From Nitrospirota bacterium (GTDB lineage Bacteria > Nitrospirota > UBA9217): 64,000 nt of DNA. Location of the stretch: the NCBI GenBank assembly GCA_963737155.1, contig CAVTRN010000001.1, positions 32,001 through 96,000 on the forward strand, given 5' to 3'. The stretch's first letter is position 1. The number at the start of each line of letters is the position of its first letter. This document shows positions 20,172 to 30,000 of this stretch, in pieces. The position numbers were made by a program, and so were the translations under genes. Below the pieces are notes generated by a model. That model saw only the letters and a program-made list of their open reading frames with translations. It was not told the DNA's origin and ran no database searches.

Positions 20172-20906
20172 TTAGGCACCCTTCGGTATAGATATGTTAA
20201 AAGGAGGCCCATCCAACTTCTTAAATCTGCAAAAAGCTCTCGCGACTGCAGCAAATTCGTGATTTGCAGCCATGAGCGTGCTAAATATGTTTTTCTTATT
20301 TGTTAAGATACCTTGTTGCGCATTATGATATGCATGCAATAAAGCAAAATATTCTGAAAGAAGCTCTTCAACGATAAAAGTTCTGTGCCTTTTTGTATAG
20401 AACGGTGCATGCAATTTAACAATATCAATTGTAAGTCGCCCCATTTTACTGCTATTCTTCGCTTTAGGAATACCTAGCTCCTCGAAATTTGACTCATCCA
20501 CAATAAAGTCAATGTGGTCTTCTGGATCTATTTTAGGATCACTTGGATCAATTAAAAGAGTTTTCCCCCTCTTAGAAGAGCTTTTTTTTAAATAAACAAC
20601 TTTGGGATTATTGCTATCATTTGTCAGTTCAACTGGAAATTTGTCGGATTTACTTCCATTACACTGAGCACATGCTAACAAAAGATTCTTCCAATCGTTC
20701 TTTAAAAATTTAAAAATAGACTTCGGCTGAAAATGCTCGACTGCTTTTGAATGGCCCTCGTCTGGGATTAACTGTTCACAATAACAGCACTTCCCTTTCT
20801 GCATTTGCCAAAGGGTTTTTACAACTTTTTGCTTGTTGTAATGAGTCCCCTTCTGCGGAGAATTTTTCAAAATATCAGGCGCCAGAGCCCGGTTAACTTT
20901 TATCAT
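20172..20906 (-). CDS. ptuB: Septu PtuB-like HNH endonuclease
   Basis: KCCYCE, VEHFQPKS, WKNLLLACAQCNGSK, LIDP...DPEDHI. Confidence 0.85.
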   Translation of the reverse strand: MIKVNRALAPDILKNSPQKGTHYNKQKVVKTLWQMQKGKCCYCEQLIPDEGHSKAVEHFQPKSIFKFLKNDWKNLLLACAQCNGSKSDKFPVELTNDSNNPKVVYLKKSSSKRGKTLLIDPSDPKIDPEDHIDFIVDESNFEELGIPKAKNSSKMGRLTIDIVKLHAPFYTKRHRTFIVEELLSEYFALLHAYHNAQQGILTNKKNIFSTLMAANHEFAAVARAFCRFKKLDGPPFNISIPKGA

Positions 20907-22203
20907 TGAATATTTTTTGTTCTAATGTTTTGATGTTTTCCCGCATTGCTGTATATATATCTGCCTGCACATCTCTTACGAATTCCGTATCGCCAGTCGG
21001 CTGTATTGCGTTCCTTAAATATTCTTTTATCTCGTTATATTTTCTATTTTCTTTTGCCGTACGCTTTTTCCCTTTGCCAGCCAATTCCGATATTTCTTTC
21101 AATACATTTTCCAACTCCTCATCAGTTTTTACCAAATGCCCAAATGGTTTAGAAGCCAGTAGTTGATCATATTGTAATCCTTTGAACCCGATAATTTCTT
21201 TTTCACTAAAAATATAGTCTTGAATTTTGCTCTGTTCTGGTACAAAAGAGAAATGTATAACCTTTGATCCACTAAATTTGGATCCCTTGGGCTTGACTAA
21301 TTGGCCAATACTGCCTACGATCAATGGCGAGTGAGAAGTTGTAATGAATTGCACATTGGGGAAAGCCTCTCGTAACCTATGAACAATATTTCTCTGCAAT
21401 TTAGGATGTAAATGCAATTCGACTTCATCAAGCAAAATAATTCCACTAATATTCTTCGGATTGCTTTCTTTCTGACGCCGCCCTGCGTGGTAGATTTGCC
21501 AGCCGATGAAATCCAATAGCCATGTGAATGTTGTGCGGTATCCATCCCCGAAGTCTTCAAGAAAAACGTCTCCCTTGGGGGTTTTGACAACAATGCCATT
21601 AGGTGAGCTGTCTAAAATAATATTTTGTTTCGATGTATTAAAGATGTCAAGCATTAAAATGCTTTCGATTAATTTCAGCAATTGATGCTGTCGTTTCTTA
21701 TTCTGTCTATTTAATATTAATTCAGGATTCTGCAAGGATGACGCATAATTGAACATGGTATATACAGCTTCTAATATAGAATAATCGCTAAAGCTGTTAT
21801 CACCCGGGATCGATCTCTGAATTCCATACCCACAAACAAAAACTTTACGTCTGAGATCTTTCCCCCTTATCACATTCTGATAGATTGTTTCAAAACCTTT
21901 TTTACTTTCCAAAACAGTTTCTATGATTAGTGATTTTTTTGTTTTAGGATCGAAAAGAGTGATTTTGATTATTCCTCTTCTCGATAAGTCTCTAATGAAG
22001 CTGCCATATAATTCTTTCATGAGCGCTGCACCGCTCAACTCGTCGCAAAGACCTATTGCAATACAGCGCAAGAAACATGTCTTTCCAGATGCATTGTCGC
22101 CAAGAATAGTATTCCACCGCGCGGGAATGCCACCATTTTCGAATGAAATCTTTATCTCATCGAAACATCTAATATTCTTTATGTAGACTTTGGAAATATA
22201 CAT
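20893..22203 (-). CDS. ptuA: Septu PtuA-like ABC ATPase
   Basis: MYISKVYIKNIRCF, GDNASGKT, signature-like FGDGY, LLDEVELHLHPKLQ and TSHSP. ATG at 22203. Confidence 0.85.
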   Translation of the reverse strand: MYISKVYIKNIRCFDEIKISFENGGIPARWNTILGDNASGKTCFLRCIAIGLCDELSGAALMKELYGSFIRDLSRRGIIKITLFDPKTKKSLIIETVLESKKGFETIYQNVIRGKDLRRKVFVCGYGIQRSIPGDNSFSDYSILEAVYTMFNYASSLQNPELILNRQNKKRQHQLLKLIESILMLDIFNTSKQNIILDSSPNGIVVKTPKGDVFLEDFGDGYRTTFTWLLDFIGWQIYHAGRRQKESNPKNISGIILLDEVELHLHPKLQRNIVHRLREAFPNVQFITTSHSPLIVGSIGQLVKPKGSKFSGSKVIHFSFVPEQSKIQDYIFSEKEIIGFKGLQYDQLLASKPFGHLVKTDEELENVLKEISELAGKGKKRTAKENRKYNEIKEYLRNAIQPTGDTEFVRDVQADIYTAMRENIKTLEQKIFNDKS

Positions 22204-22434
22204 ATTTAAAAAATTGTTGTTATTTAATCTACTAACTTCGCTTAGCACTCTAAGCTAAGCAGATTTATAAGGTAAGTTAACGCATTTTCTGATATTATTG
22301 TTGTAAAAAAATGAGCGAAGAAGTACTAATAGAAAAAGACTATATCATGGTTGAAGAAGAAAATGCAAGCGGATTTGCTCCTGCACATTGCGGTATCCTG
22401 GCTTATTAATGTCTTTACTCAATGAGGTGCGAGA

Positions 22435-23619
22435 ATGCCGAAGAAGGTCAGCATCGTCACAGGGCCAATAGTTGGCCTTCGCTCTACAAAATTTATTGAA
22501 GAAACTACTGCGTTTGCGAAGACTGCCGGCGAAAAAGTCGTTCATTTCAACTTATTCAGCGAAATACTCGATCATTGTGGCATCGTAGCCCGTAATGCTT
22601 ATGAAGAGATTCTGCATATTGGCAATCTGTTCAACGGCTATGAATATCAATTCAGGTGCATGCGCGAAAAAGCTTATCTGTCTCTTGCCAGAAAGATTGA
22701 TCGCCTGGGGAAGGACGTCAGTGTCATTATCAGGACTCCCGCGTCGATAGAATGGCGGGGATACAACTTGATTCTGAAGGACCACCGGATTATTGCGGAA
22801 GCAATAATGCCGGACCTGATTGTAACCCTTATAAACGCCGAATGGAAAATAAAAGATCATTTAGCAGGGAATTATGGCAAGCATGTTTTAAAAGTGATTG
22901 CACAGCAAAAGGAACTGACAGTCCCCAAAATACTGGAGTGGCTGGCTTCTGAAGTATCGGCCAGCGAAGACTGGGCTGAGTGGGCAAGTCACCTGACGAA
23001 AAAGAAAGTGAAACACATCGTTTTCGGAATGGAAACGCCAGGCTACAAGGACAGAAAGAAATATGTTCGCGATGTTGAAGGCCTCGCGAAGCTGGTAACG
23101 CAGAAAGATGTTCCCACTTTTTACACATCGTATTCCATGACCGTAGCGACTGAACCTGTAAGAAAGAAAATAAACGACGTTATCTGGAAGCTGCGAGCAT
23201 ACGGCGTAGTCATTGATCCTGCATCGATAGAACTCGGGACCAATGTCGACAAAGAACACGAGAATATAGTTTTCGCCTATACCATTTGCAGAGACCTGCG
23301 ATGGGATGTGCAAAAGGTTGACGCAGTGGTTGCCATCCACCCTTATGATGAAATGCCGCCACTCAGTACGGGCATGATGGACGAACTCGGTCATGCCCGC
23401 GCGTATGGGAAAGACAGATATTTAATACTTCCAAAAGGTGGAGGTAGCCCATTCACGCGAGATAATTACGTGCCTGCCAACCATGTCTTTAAGACAGAGG
23501 CAGAGTTCTTTAATTTTGCGGAAAATAAACGGAGACCTACGCTCAAACCCAAGTACGAAAAGTTCCAGAAAGCATTTGCGACCTGGCAGACAAAACATGC
23601 GAAAAAAGATCAAAAATAA
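22435..23619 (+). CDS. Archaeal adenylate-kinase-like domain fused to nucleoside deoxyribosyltransferase-like domain
   Basis: N-terminal IVTG with a degenerate P-loop, PDLIVTL and ILEW..SE. C-terminal YTSYSMT, DP, RDL..D.VVA and STGMMDELGHA...GK. GAGG RBS. Confidence 0.6.
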   Translation: MPKKVSIVTGPIVGLRSTKFIEETTAFAKTAGEKVVHFNLFSEILDHCGIVARNAYEEILHIGNLFNGYEYQFRCMREKAYLSLARKIDRLGKDVSVIIRTPASIEWRGYNLILKDHRIIAEAIMPDLIVTLINAEWKIKDHLAGNYGKHVLKVIAQQKELTVPKILEWLASEVSASEDWAEWASHLTKKKVKHIVFGMETPGYKDRKKYVRDVEGLAKLVTQKDVPTFYTSYSMTVATEPVRKKINDVIWKLRAYGVVIDPASIELGTNVDKEHENIVFAYTICRDLRWDVQKVDAVVAIHPYDEMPPLSTGMMDELGHARAYGKDRYLILPKGGGSPFTRDNYVPANHVFKTEAEFFNFAENKRRPTLKPKYEKFQKAFATWQTKHAKKDQK

Positions 23620-23633
23620 TTACGGGAGGCATC

Positions 23634-24359
23634 ATGCAGAGATTACTTGTAAGCGTTCGGGGACCGCAGGAAGCAATTGCAGCTATTAAAGGGGGGGCTC
23701 ACATAGCTGATGTCGAATATCCTGCTTCTGCTCTTGGGACCCCATATCCGCTCAATATCCTCACTGTTCGCAATAGGCTGAACAAGGCCGGATATAAGAG
23801 GATACCGGTGTCAACCAATATTGGTGAGGTACCGGGTGTGCGTGCTTCATCTTGCCAGGCGGCCTTGGGCGTAGCAACTGCGGGGGCTGATATCATCAAG
23901 TGCGGCATGGCCGAACTACCGTATGATGCTGCGGTTTATCTCGGCAATCTTATGGTCCGGACCATCAAGAAATTCTATCCGAGAAAAAAAGTTGTGACTG
24001 CCGTGTTCGTCGATGACGACATGAGAAGATACTTTGACCCCTTTGCCGAAGGGATAGCGTTGGTGAAAGAGATCAATGCAGATGGCATCCTTATCGATAC
24101 TTTCAATAAATCGATCGAGAAAGGACTTCTGGATTACTGTATAAAGAAGGATTTGAGAACACTTGCTAAAAAGTGTCACAGGGCTGGGAAGGAAGCCTGG
24201 ATTGCGGGCTCCATTACAAGGGAAGATTTACCGGACCTATGGGCTACGGGCGTTGATGTAATTTGCGTCAGAGGCGCTGCTTGTGAGAAGACAGGAAAAG
24301 GGCGATTTGGCGAAGTTAAGGCAAAAATCGTTAAGGATCTTGTTTCGACCTGTCTATAA
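23634..24359 (+). CDS. MfnB / 4-HFC-P synthase family TIM barrel (variant active site)
   Basis: LLVSV..EA..A..GGA.I.DV.YP..LG, GADIIKCG, LIDT..K, AGS and VRGAAC. GGGAGG RBS. Confidence 0.8.
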   Translation: MQRLLVSVRGPQEAIAAIKGGAHIADVEYPASALGTPYPLNILTVRNRLNKAGYKRIPVSTNIGEVPGVRASSCQAALGVATAGADIIKCGMAELPYDAAVYLGNLMVRTIKKFYPRKKVVTAVFVDDDMRRYFDPFAEGIALVKEINADGILIDTFNKSIEKGLLDYCIKKDLRTLAKKCHRAGKEAWIAGSITREDLPDLWATGVDVICVRGAACEKTGKGRFGEVKAKIVKDLVSTCL

Positions 24360-24446
24360 CCATAGCGGGATTGGGAAGATTGCCTGATAAGATAAATTGC
24401 AATGTTTATCCCTTTATTCTCTCATCACGATTGGCTTTTCGGGCTC

Positions 24447-25481
24447 CTAAAGACCAAAGGCCCGTAAATCATTCTTCACTGCTTCGACACCACTCCAGTC
24501 CGAGATTCGTCGGCGAAACATATAATAGCATGGGGAATCAGGCCATGAAAGCTGCATTGCAGCCTTGAGTGCATCTGCTGGTCGCGCCTGAAGTAGAAGT
24601 TGCTCTGAGGCAGGCGGGATTTCTCTTGGAATTGTGTCCCAAATCGCTGAATCTTTAGAGGTGAGCCCGGCACGTACGCATGCACAAAGCTGTTTCGGAT
24701 GGCTGTAGCTACGCCTTCCGCGCGCCACTGTCGCAGGAAATAGATCGCCTAAAACACTAACGACAGATATATAAGAGCGAAGGACTGAATCGGCAATTAC
24801 ACTGGCCGAGGGACGGATGTCCCGTAGCGTACACCAGTGCTCCCATGACTTCCCCCCGTTTCTCTGACTATCTATAGGTTGATCGAACTGCTGGCGTTGC
24901 CATCCGTTGAACCGGTAGGCGTCGTCATTGGCTCCGCGTGCTGATATATGGCCTATCGAAGTTCCTTCAACAAACCCAAGCAATTTCGATCCCTGAAGAA
25001 GCACCCGTGCCGCTGGTGAGGCTAGAGGATGCGTCGAGGCCTGTCCTTCGGATTCTACTGTCAGAGATGAAAAATATTGGTCAAGAGTGGGGTTATAAGA
25101 GATTTCAATCCATAACAGACGACCATCGGTCGCTTGCCGAACTCCACCGGCTGCAACTACGTGGCATGAAATGTGCCAAGCTCCATTGTCACCTGAGGCA
25201 CCAGGGCCCAAATCCGCCCCATTAATAATTGTCCGATCAAGCCACATACGCCGAATTGCTTCGAGGTTCTCATCGCTATCGGATAAACTTCCTCCCTCTT
25301 CAATTTGAAAGCCGAAAATGCCGCGTTGCATAGTCGCCTCCTGGCGAACCTCAGAAAACAAGGCATTTCGAGTTGTTTCTTTGTCCTTCTTGCGCTGCCA
25401 ATAAATGCGCCCTACGACTACGGCTGTCCCAATCAAAGCGGCAATGAGCACTGCATTTATAATTAGCTGCAGGACTGTCAT
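24447..25481 (-). CDS. Hypothetical protein with N-terminal TM anchor
   Basis: 344-aa ORF with an AAGGA RBS, hydrophobic N-terminus then RKKDK. Confidence 0.65.
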   Translation of the reverse strand: MTVLQLIINAVLIAALIGTAVVVGRIYWQRKKDKETTRNALFSEVRQEATMQRGIFGFQIEEGGSLSDSDENLEAIRRMWLDRTIINGADLGPGASGDNGAWHISCHVVAAGGVRQATDGRLLWIEISYNPTLDQYFSSLTVESEGQASTHPLASPAARVLLQGSKLLGFVEGTSIGHISARGANDDAYRFNGWQRQQFDQPIDSQRNGGKSWEHWCTLRDIRPSASVIADSVLRSYISVVSVLGDLFPATVARGRRSYSHPKQLCACVRAGLTSKDSAIWDTIPREIPPASEQLLLQARPADALKAAMQLSWPDSPCYYMFRRRISDWSGVEAVKNDLRAFGL

Positions 25482-25933
25482 ACATCCTTTCTACGTGATG
25501 ATTCGTGCTTCTCCCGATGAGGCGTGAATCCCGGATTTTGAATAAAACGACAAGGAAAATATATTAATTGTCAAGGCGGATTTCGGATTAACGAGCGCCC
25601 CTATGAGACCGCTCAATAGATTAGATTAATAAAGAGGATTGAGTTGTTTCATCTGGTGGCACAAGATTACCTTCCTAAATTGTTTTAAATATGCTCGAAT
25701 TCATGGCATATTTCAGCAACGCTCCTACGCACGATTTCTACTTGTACCATGCATTCAATTAACCAATACAAAGATTTGTAGTTCAGTAAGATCGTTTGGT
25801 TGAAATTATCAACCAGTAGTTCAGTATTCTTTTCTCCGGCCGGTATCGCGGCCACCTACTAATGCACAATCACACCAAGGAAAAAAAACATGTCAAATAT
25901 CAATCGAAACATGTTGAACATTCGCGGGAGATA

Positions 25934-28039
25934 TCATTTTTTCCGTTTTTGTCTGTATCGCGGTGAATGAGTAAGACTCAAATGAGAACGTACAATGACA
26001 TCCATGTGGTTGCTCATGGTAAAGTCTGTATAATCGTATTTTTTAGGAGTTCGTAATTTACGAATGCATAGAGCAAATATAGGAGCAGGGACTATCATCA
26101 AAAGTCGTTTATGTTCAAAAAAAAGAGCCTTAGTTCTATCCTTCTCGTTATCTGTTAAAGCTTCGCTTTTCCCACGTCTAACCGCTATAGCGAAACTGCC
26201 ATATTCGCCGCTTGTATAATCTAATATTTGTCTGAAGTCGTCAGGTGTTAGTTCTTCGTAGTTCTTGCATTCAAAAACAATTTGCCTGCTGCGGTAGTCC
26301 TCGTAAATTCTTTGCCAGAATGTTGTTTTAGTAATGTTAGTTGCTACAACATCTCTTTGATTCAAAGCTGCTGTCGGATTTGGTTTAAGTTCAATGTTCG
26401 TTAAAGATCCAGCGAACAATAATCTGACTGCCCTCGCTACCCACGTTTCAAAGGCACTACTGCCATCATGTCCCGTGGGGATGCCCGATAGTTCCTCAGG
26501 AAGCCTTCCGAGTCGCTTCAGGCGTAAATTGAACGTATCACTTTTTGGCGGGGCAGTATATTCATCGTTTACCTTGATTAACATTTCTGATGGCTCAGAT
26601 GTCACCGATATGTCAAGCGCCTTCCAGTAACAAGGGTGAATAAGGGTTTCACGATTCGGGTCCGCGGTTAGAAGTTCAGACATGGCACCATCATGACAAA
26701 ACAAATAATTACCAGAGCTAGCATCTTTAAGTCCTATAAACCCGACACTGTAAAGGGCCGAAAACATCTCGCTACCGGTTTCAAAAAGAATTAAATCTCG
26801 AGCGGCACTATCTGCATAGTCGTTATGATCTGCGATATATTGCAAATGATCTGATACTGCTCGAAAAGGTTGCAACGCAGGCAGACCGTGAAAGCTTGTC
26901 ACAAAAAGACGAAGTCCCGGTAAAACTTTATCGTACTCTTTACACAAGTCCTCGAGCCTGTACTGTGAAATACTAATCGCGCTCTTTTCTATATCGTTCT
27001 CAATAAGAACATTGCGTCCTTCGCGAGTTGCGTTTACATATGATTCGTTGAGTAGTACCAGAATATCCCTAGGTCGAAATAGTGTAAATCTCAAGCACTT
27101 ATTAAAACCTTCGCGATTCTGAAGTTCGCGCTGAGCGAATCTGTTCCAGACCTTCACTTCATTTTCTACGCTATCTAGTTTAAGTACAATGCGCAACCGG
27201 GCAGCAATAAAATGGAAGAGCGACTCTTCATTCCACTGTAAGCGGAGTGTATGCCCTTCAATATGGCGTGTAAAATCATCGTCGAGTTGTGCAAGAGCTC
27301 GAATCATGTTATCTCTGATAAACAAAATTGGATAAAAAGGAAATCGTCTTTCTCGATATTCTGATGCTGTTCTAGCAAGACCACCAAGAATGGATACGGA
27401 AGGGACATCTGGAACCCATGCTTCATCGAGACGGTCGTAAAGAGCTACGATCCGAAGCTCCGTTTTTTCGAGCGCCTCATGAAGGGAATCAGTAACTTGT
27501 CTAACCTGGTAGTTTGTCGCAATTATTCGTGCAATTTCTTCCTTCGAAGGAGAACCAGATAATGTTCTTTTCAAAATTGCCATGCAATTTGTAATGCCAC
27601 TTCCGGTGCAATAATCTTGGTGTCTTTTAATATACTCATTTAGAAATACTGCATTTTCTGACTTATTAAACAAATAATGTGTAGAAACAGCACTTGTTGA
27701 CCTGAGCAGAAAATGCACTGTCCAGAGTAAACGTGATATAGGACGTAGAAGGCGATATTCTTTGGATATAGATGCGAGAAGCGATTGCATCTCTAGCATT
27801 TCATAATCTTGCGGCTCTTCAGTAATTAATATCGTACCAGTATCAGATGACAAAACATCTTTTAGCCGTTGATATATTGCACTCTTCCCAGTTCCTCGAC
27901 GCCCAACAACATAGCTAAAATCCGTGGTGTGAAGCAAAGCTTGGTAGTCAGCTGTTTCAATAAAACCCTGGCTCAACATTTGCCGATCTGCTTCGGCTTG
28001 TGCTGATCCAAGTAGGTTTCCAATCTTTTTATTTTGCAT
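25934..28039 (-). CDS. Sll1717-family P-loop ATPase with C-terminal restriction-endonuclease-like domain
   Basis: LGSAQAEAD, VVGRRGTGKS, YDRLDE, FIRDNM, RPRD and LYSVGFIG. C-terminal AFE...RDVV...FECKNY. Confidence 0.8.
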   Translation of the reverse strand: MQNKKIGNLLGSAQAEADRQMLSQGFIETADYQALLHTTDFSYVVGRRGTGKSAIYQRLKDVLSSDTGTILITEEPQDYEMLEMQSLLASISKEYRLLRPISRLLWTVHFLLRSTSAVSTHYLFNKSENAVFLNEYIKRHQDYCTGSGITNCMAILKRTLSGSPSKEEIARIIATNYQVRQVTDSLHEALEKTELRIVALYDRLDEAWVPDVPSVSILGGLARTASEYRERRFPFYPILFIRDNMIRALAQLDDDFTRHIEGHTLRLQWNEESLFHFIAARLRIVLKLDSVENEVKVWNRFAQRELQNREGFNKCLRFTLFRPRDILVLLNESYVNATREGRNVLIENDIEKSAISISQYRLEDLCKEYDKVLPGLRLFVTSFHGLPALQPFRAVSDHLQYIADHNDYADSAARDLILFETGSEMFSALYSVGFIGLKDASSGNYLFCHDGAMSELLTADPNRETLIHPCYWKALDISVTSEPSEMLIKVNDEYTAPPKSDTFNLRLKRLGRLPEELSGIPTGHDGSSAFETWVARAVRLLFAGSLTNIELKPNPTAALNQRDVVATNITKTTFWQRIYEDYRSRQIVFECKNYEELTPDDFRQILDYTSGEYGSFAIAVRRGKSEALTDNEKDRTKALFFEHKRLLMIVPAPIFALCIRKLRTPKKYDYTDFTMSNHMDVIVRSHLSLTHSPRYRQKRKK

Positions 28040-28294
28040 GGTGTTCCTTTTTATTTCATATGTGGGAAGTCAAATGCAAGAGTGGCGCACAATCTGCTGT
28101 TGTTGCCATTATTTATCGGTCTTACGATAGAATGGACTTCCTCTGTAACGGATTCCTATCCCCACAAATATATGCTTGATTCGGTGACATGTCAACAACG
28201 CTGAACGGTGATGTCAATTGGAGGGGTGTCGTAGCGATAATTAATGGGCAGAACGCTCACGAATACAGCTTGAAAATTACATTATGGCCATCAA

Positions 28295-28320
28295 ACGACC
28301 TTCGGGTTGTAGACCCGATG
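28295..28320 (-). repeat. tRNA-fMet fragment (att-like relic)
   Basis: 14 exact bp and 21/26 overall versus 34329-34354. Anticodon stem TCGGG/CCCGA is retained. Confidence 0.55.
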
Positions 28321-28536
28321 GACTTTTTTGTGCTCCGTTTTTAAGATGGACAGCATATCAACACTCGATACTTTCAACTTGAAGCAAAGTATTCGTCCAA
28401 TTTCCGAACGTTGCACTCCACACCTACTTATGTATAATGCCAATATTATGACAGCGGTATGAAATCCGGTTTGATTCTTGCAATGAGCGTTTCGGCCTTC
28501 GCGGCAGTAGCCAGATTGGCGGCGTAAGTTCATAGA

Positions 28537-29184
28537 TCAAAATGACGTAAATATCTCAGGCCCTTTATTAAACTCGTATTCCATTACATCAGATAAATTA
28601 TCCCATAGATTATGCTCGGACGGATAAAAACGATCAAAAATATCTTTTTTCGTAGCTAGTATTTCGACACTGAGTGGAACCTCATTGACTCGTGTTTTCA
28701 TTGGTTGCGGATTGAAATTTACGGCACCGGGGCAGATGAATTCCCACACATTTGAATATAATTGGTGAATAATTCGGTTCACGGACTTATGATGTGGATG
28801 ATCATACTCTCCTTTTGTATTATGTGTGAAAACTAACGATGGAGCGAAACATTTTTCTTGAATAGCGTTTTTCCAGGCCAGAAATTCATTATCGGATAGA
28901 TTCTTCATGCCTGTATCTTTTTGGCCAAGTGTAAGATATGCCACAATACCAACACCAAGACTCTTTAAGTATTCCATTGCTTTTTTAAACTGTCTGAATC
29001 TTTCTTCGTTTTCAGGCCCTGTAAAAGTGACAACCGTCCAATGCCAATTCGGGTAATACAGCATTGTGCCACCAGAAAAGATTATTTCATCATCAGGATG
29101 CGCAACTGCTATTAGGGCATTCACGCTCTTATCTGTCGGTATATTCCAATTCATGACTGAATTCTCCGCTTTACTTACCATCAC
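28537..29184 (-). CDS. PIG-L/LmbE family deacetylase
   Basis: AHPDDE and GEYDHPHH. Confidence 0.85.
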   Translation of the reverse strand: MMVSKAENSVMNWNIPTDKSVNALIAVAHPDDEIIFSGGTMLYYPNWHWTVVTFTGPENEERFRQFKKAMEYLKSLGVGIVAYLTLGQKDTGMKNLSDNEFLAWKNAIQEKCFAPSLVFTHNTKGEYDHPHHKSVNRIIHQLYSNVWEFICPGAVNFNPQPMKTRVNEVPLSVEILATKKDIFDRFYPSEHNLWDNLSDVMEYEFNKGPEIFTSF

Positions 29185-29253
29185 AATAGCCTCACCAGCC
29201 TATGTAAATACAGTCAATAACGTTGCCACAATCTTGCCTGACGCTCGTTTGGG

Positions 29254-30000
29254 TCAGTCCGCGATATTGACGTAGGTGATTGGATTCTGTGCTCCTTGAG
29301 TGAAAAGGTGCCCCACATAGGAATTGATATAATGTTGGCGAAGGGAGTCTTCTGCCAGTGTACCAACAAATTCCCAACGCCCACGGCGGGGGAAACCTTT
29401 TCCATTATATCTGACATTGAACGTGGATCCCGAAGATACCCAACTTGTGATTCGGTAAACCTCACGGACAACTCCCTCGAAAACCGCAAATGCGTATTCC
29501 GCTTTGTCGCGTTTGTTAGCAACTTTCCACGCAGAGCGAGTAGCATCATAGAGTTCGATAGGAGTCATGCCGTAGTGGTATAGCTTGTTGATCCTAATGA
29601 GGATGGAGGGTTCTGTAATCCTGGCTTTACGATGGGTATAGTGTGCGATTAGTTCTTGGAGAGGCATTCGACCATATTTAGCGCCGCGACCGCGGACTGC
29701 ATTGGCAAGGTTATGAATTCCCATCAAGTCAATTACGGCTGCTTCAATTGCAAGAGCAGTCTTTTCGTTCGGAAGACCGTGAGCGAGAATATCTATTTGG
29801 GGCTCGACTCCAGACGAGCGCATCTCCTTGATGATTTTGGCAACGTCGCGCTCCTCCTCAGCGTTAAGATGCGCAAGGGCGCGTCCACCTCGACCTTTTC
29901 CAACATAGAAAACCGTGTCATCGAGCGGGTTAACGTAGAGGTAGACGTAAAACCCAAGCGTACGCGCGACAGACTGAGGAATCTTTGGAGAGAGAGCCAT
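29254..30000 (-). CDS. LEM-3-like GIY-YIG endonuclease
   Basis: FYVY...FYVGKG..R..H, EAAVID, LAN; C-terminal LYDATR.AW domain. Confidence 0.85.
   Translation of the reverse strand: MALSPKIPQSVARTLGFYVYLYVNPLDDTVFYVGKGRGGRALAHLNAEEERDVAKIIKEMRSSGVEPQIDILAHGLPNEKTALAIEAAVIDLMGIHNLANAVRGRGAKYGRMPLQELIAHYTHRKARITEPSILIRINKLYHYGMTPIELYDATRSAWKVANKRDKAEYAFAVFEGVVREVYRITSWVSSGSTFNVRYNGKGFPRRGRWEFVGTLAEDSLRQHYINSYVGHLFTQGAQNPITYVNIAD

Noticed and set aside
20172-22434. Retron-associated Septu
   Set aside because: No reverse transcriptase in the window and no recognisable msr/msd inverted repeats upstream.
23634-24359. Evidence for methanofuran biosynthesis or archaeal origin of the host
   Set aside because: Isolated variant gene with no other pathway genes; the tRNA-fMet, promoters and lipoproteins are bacterial.
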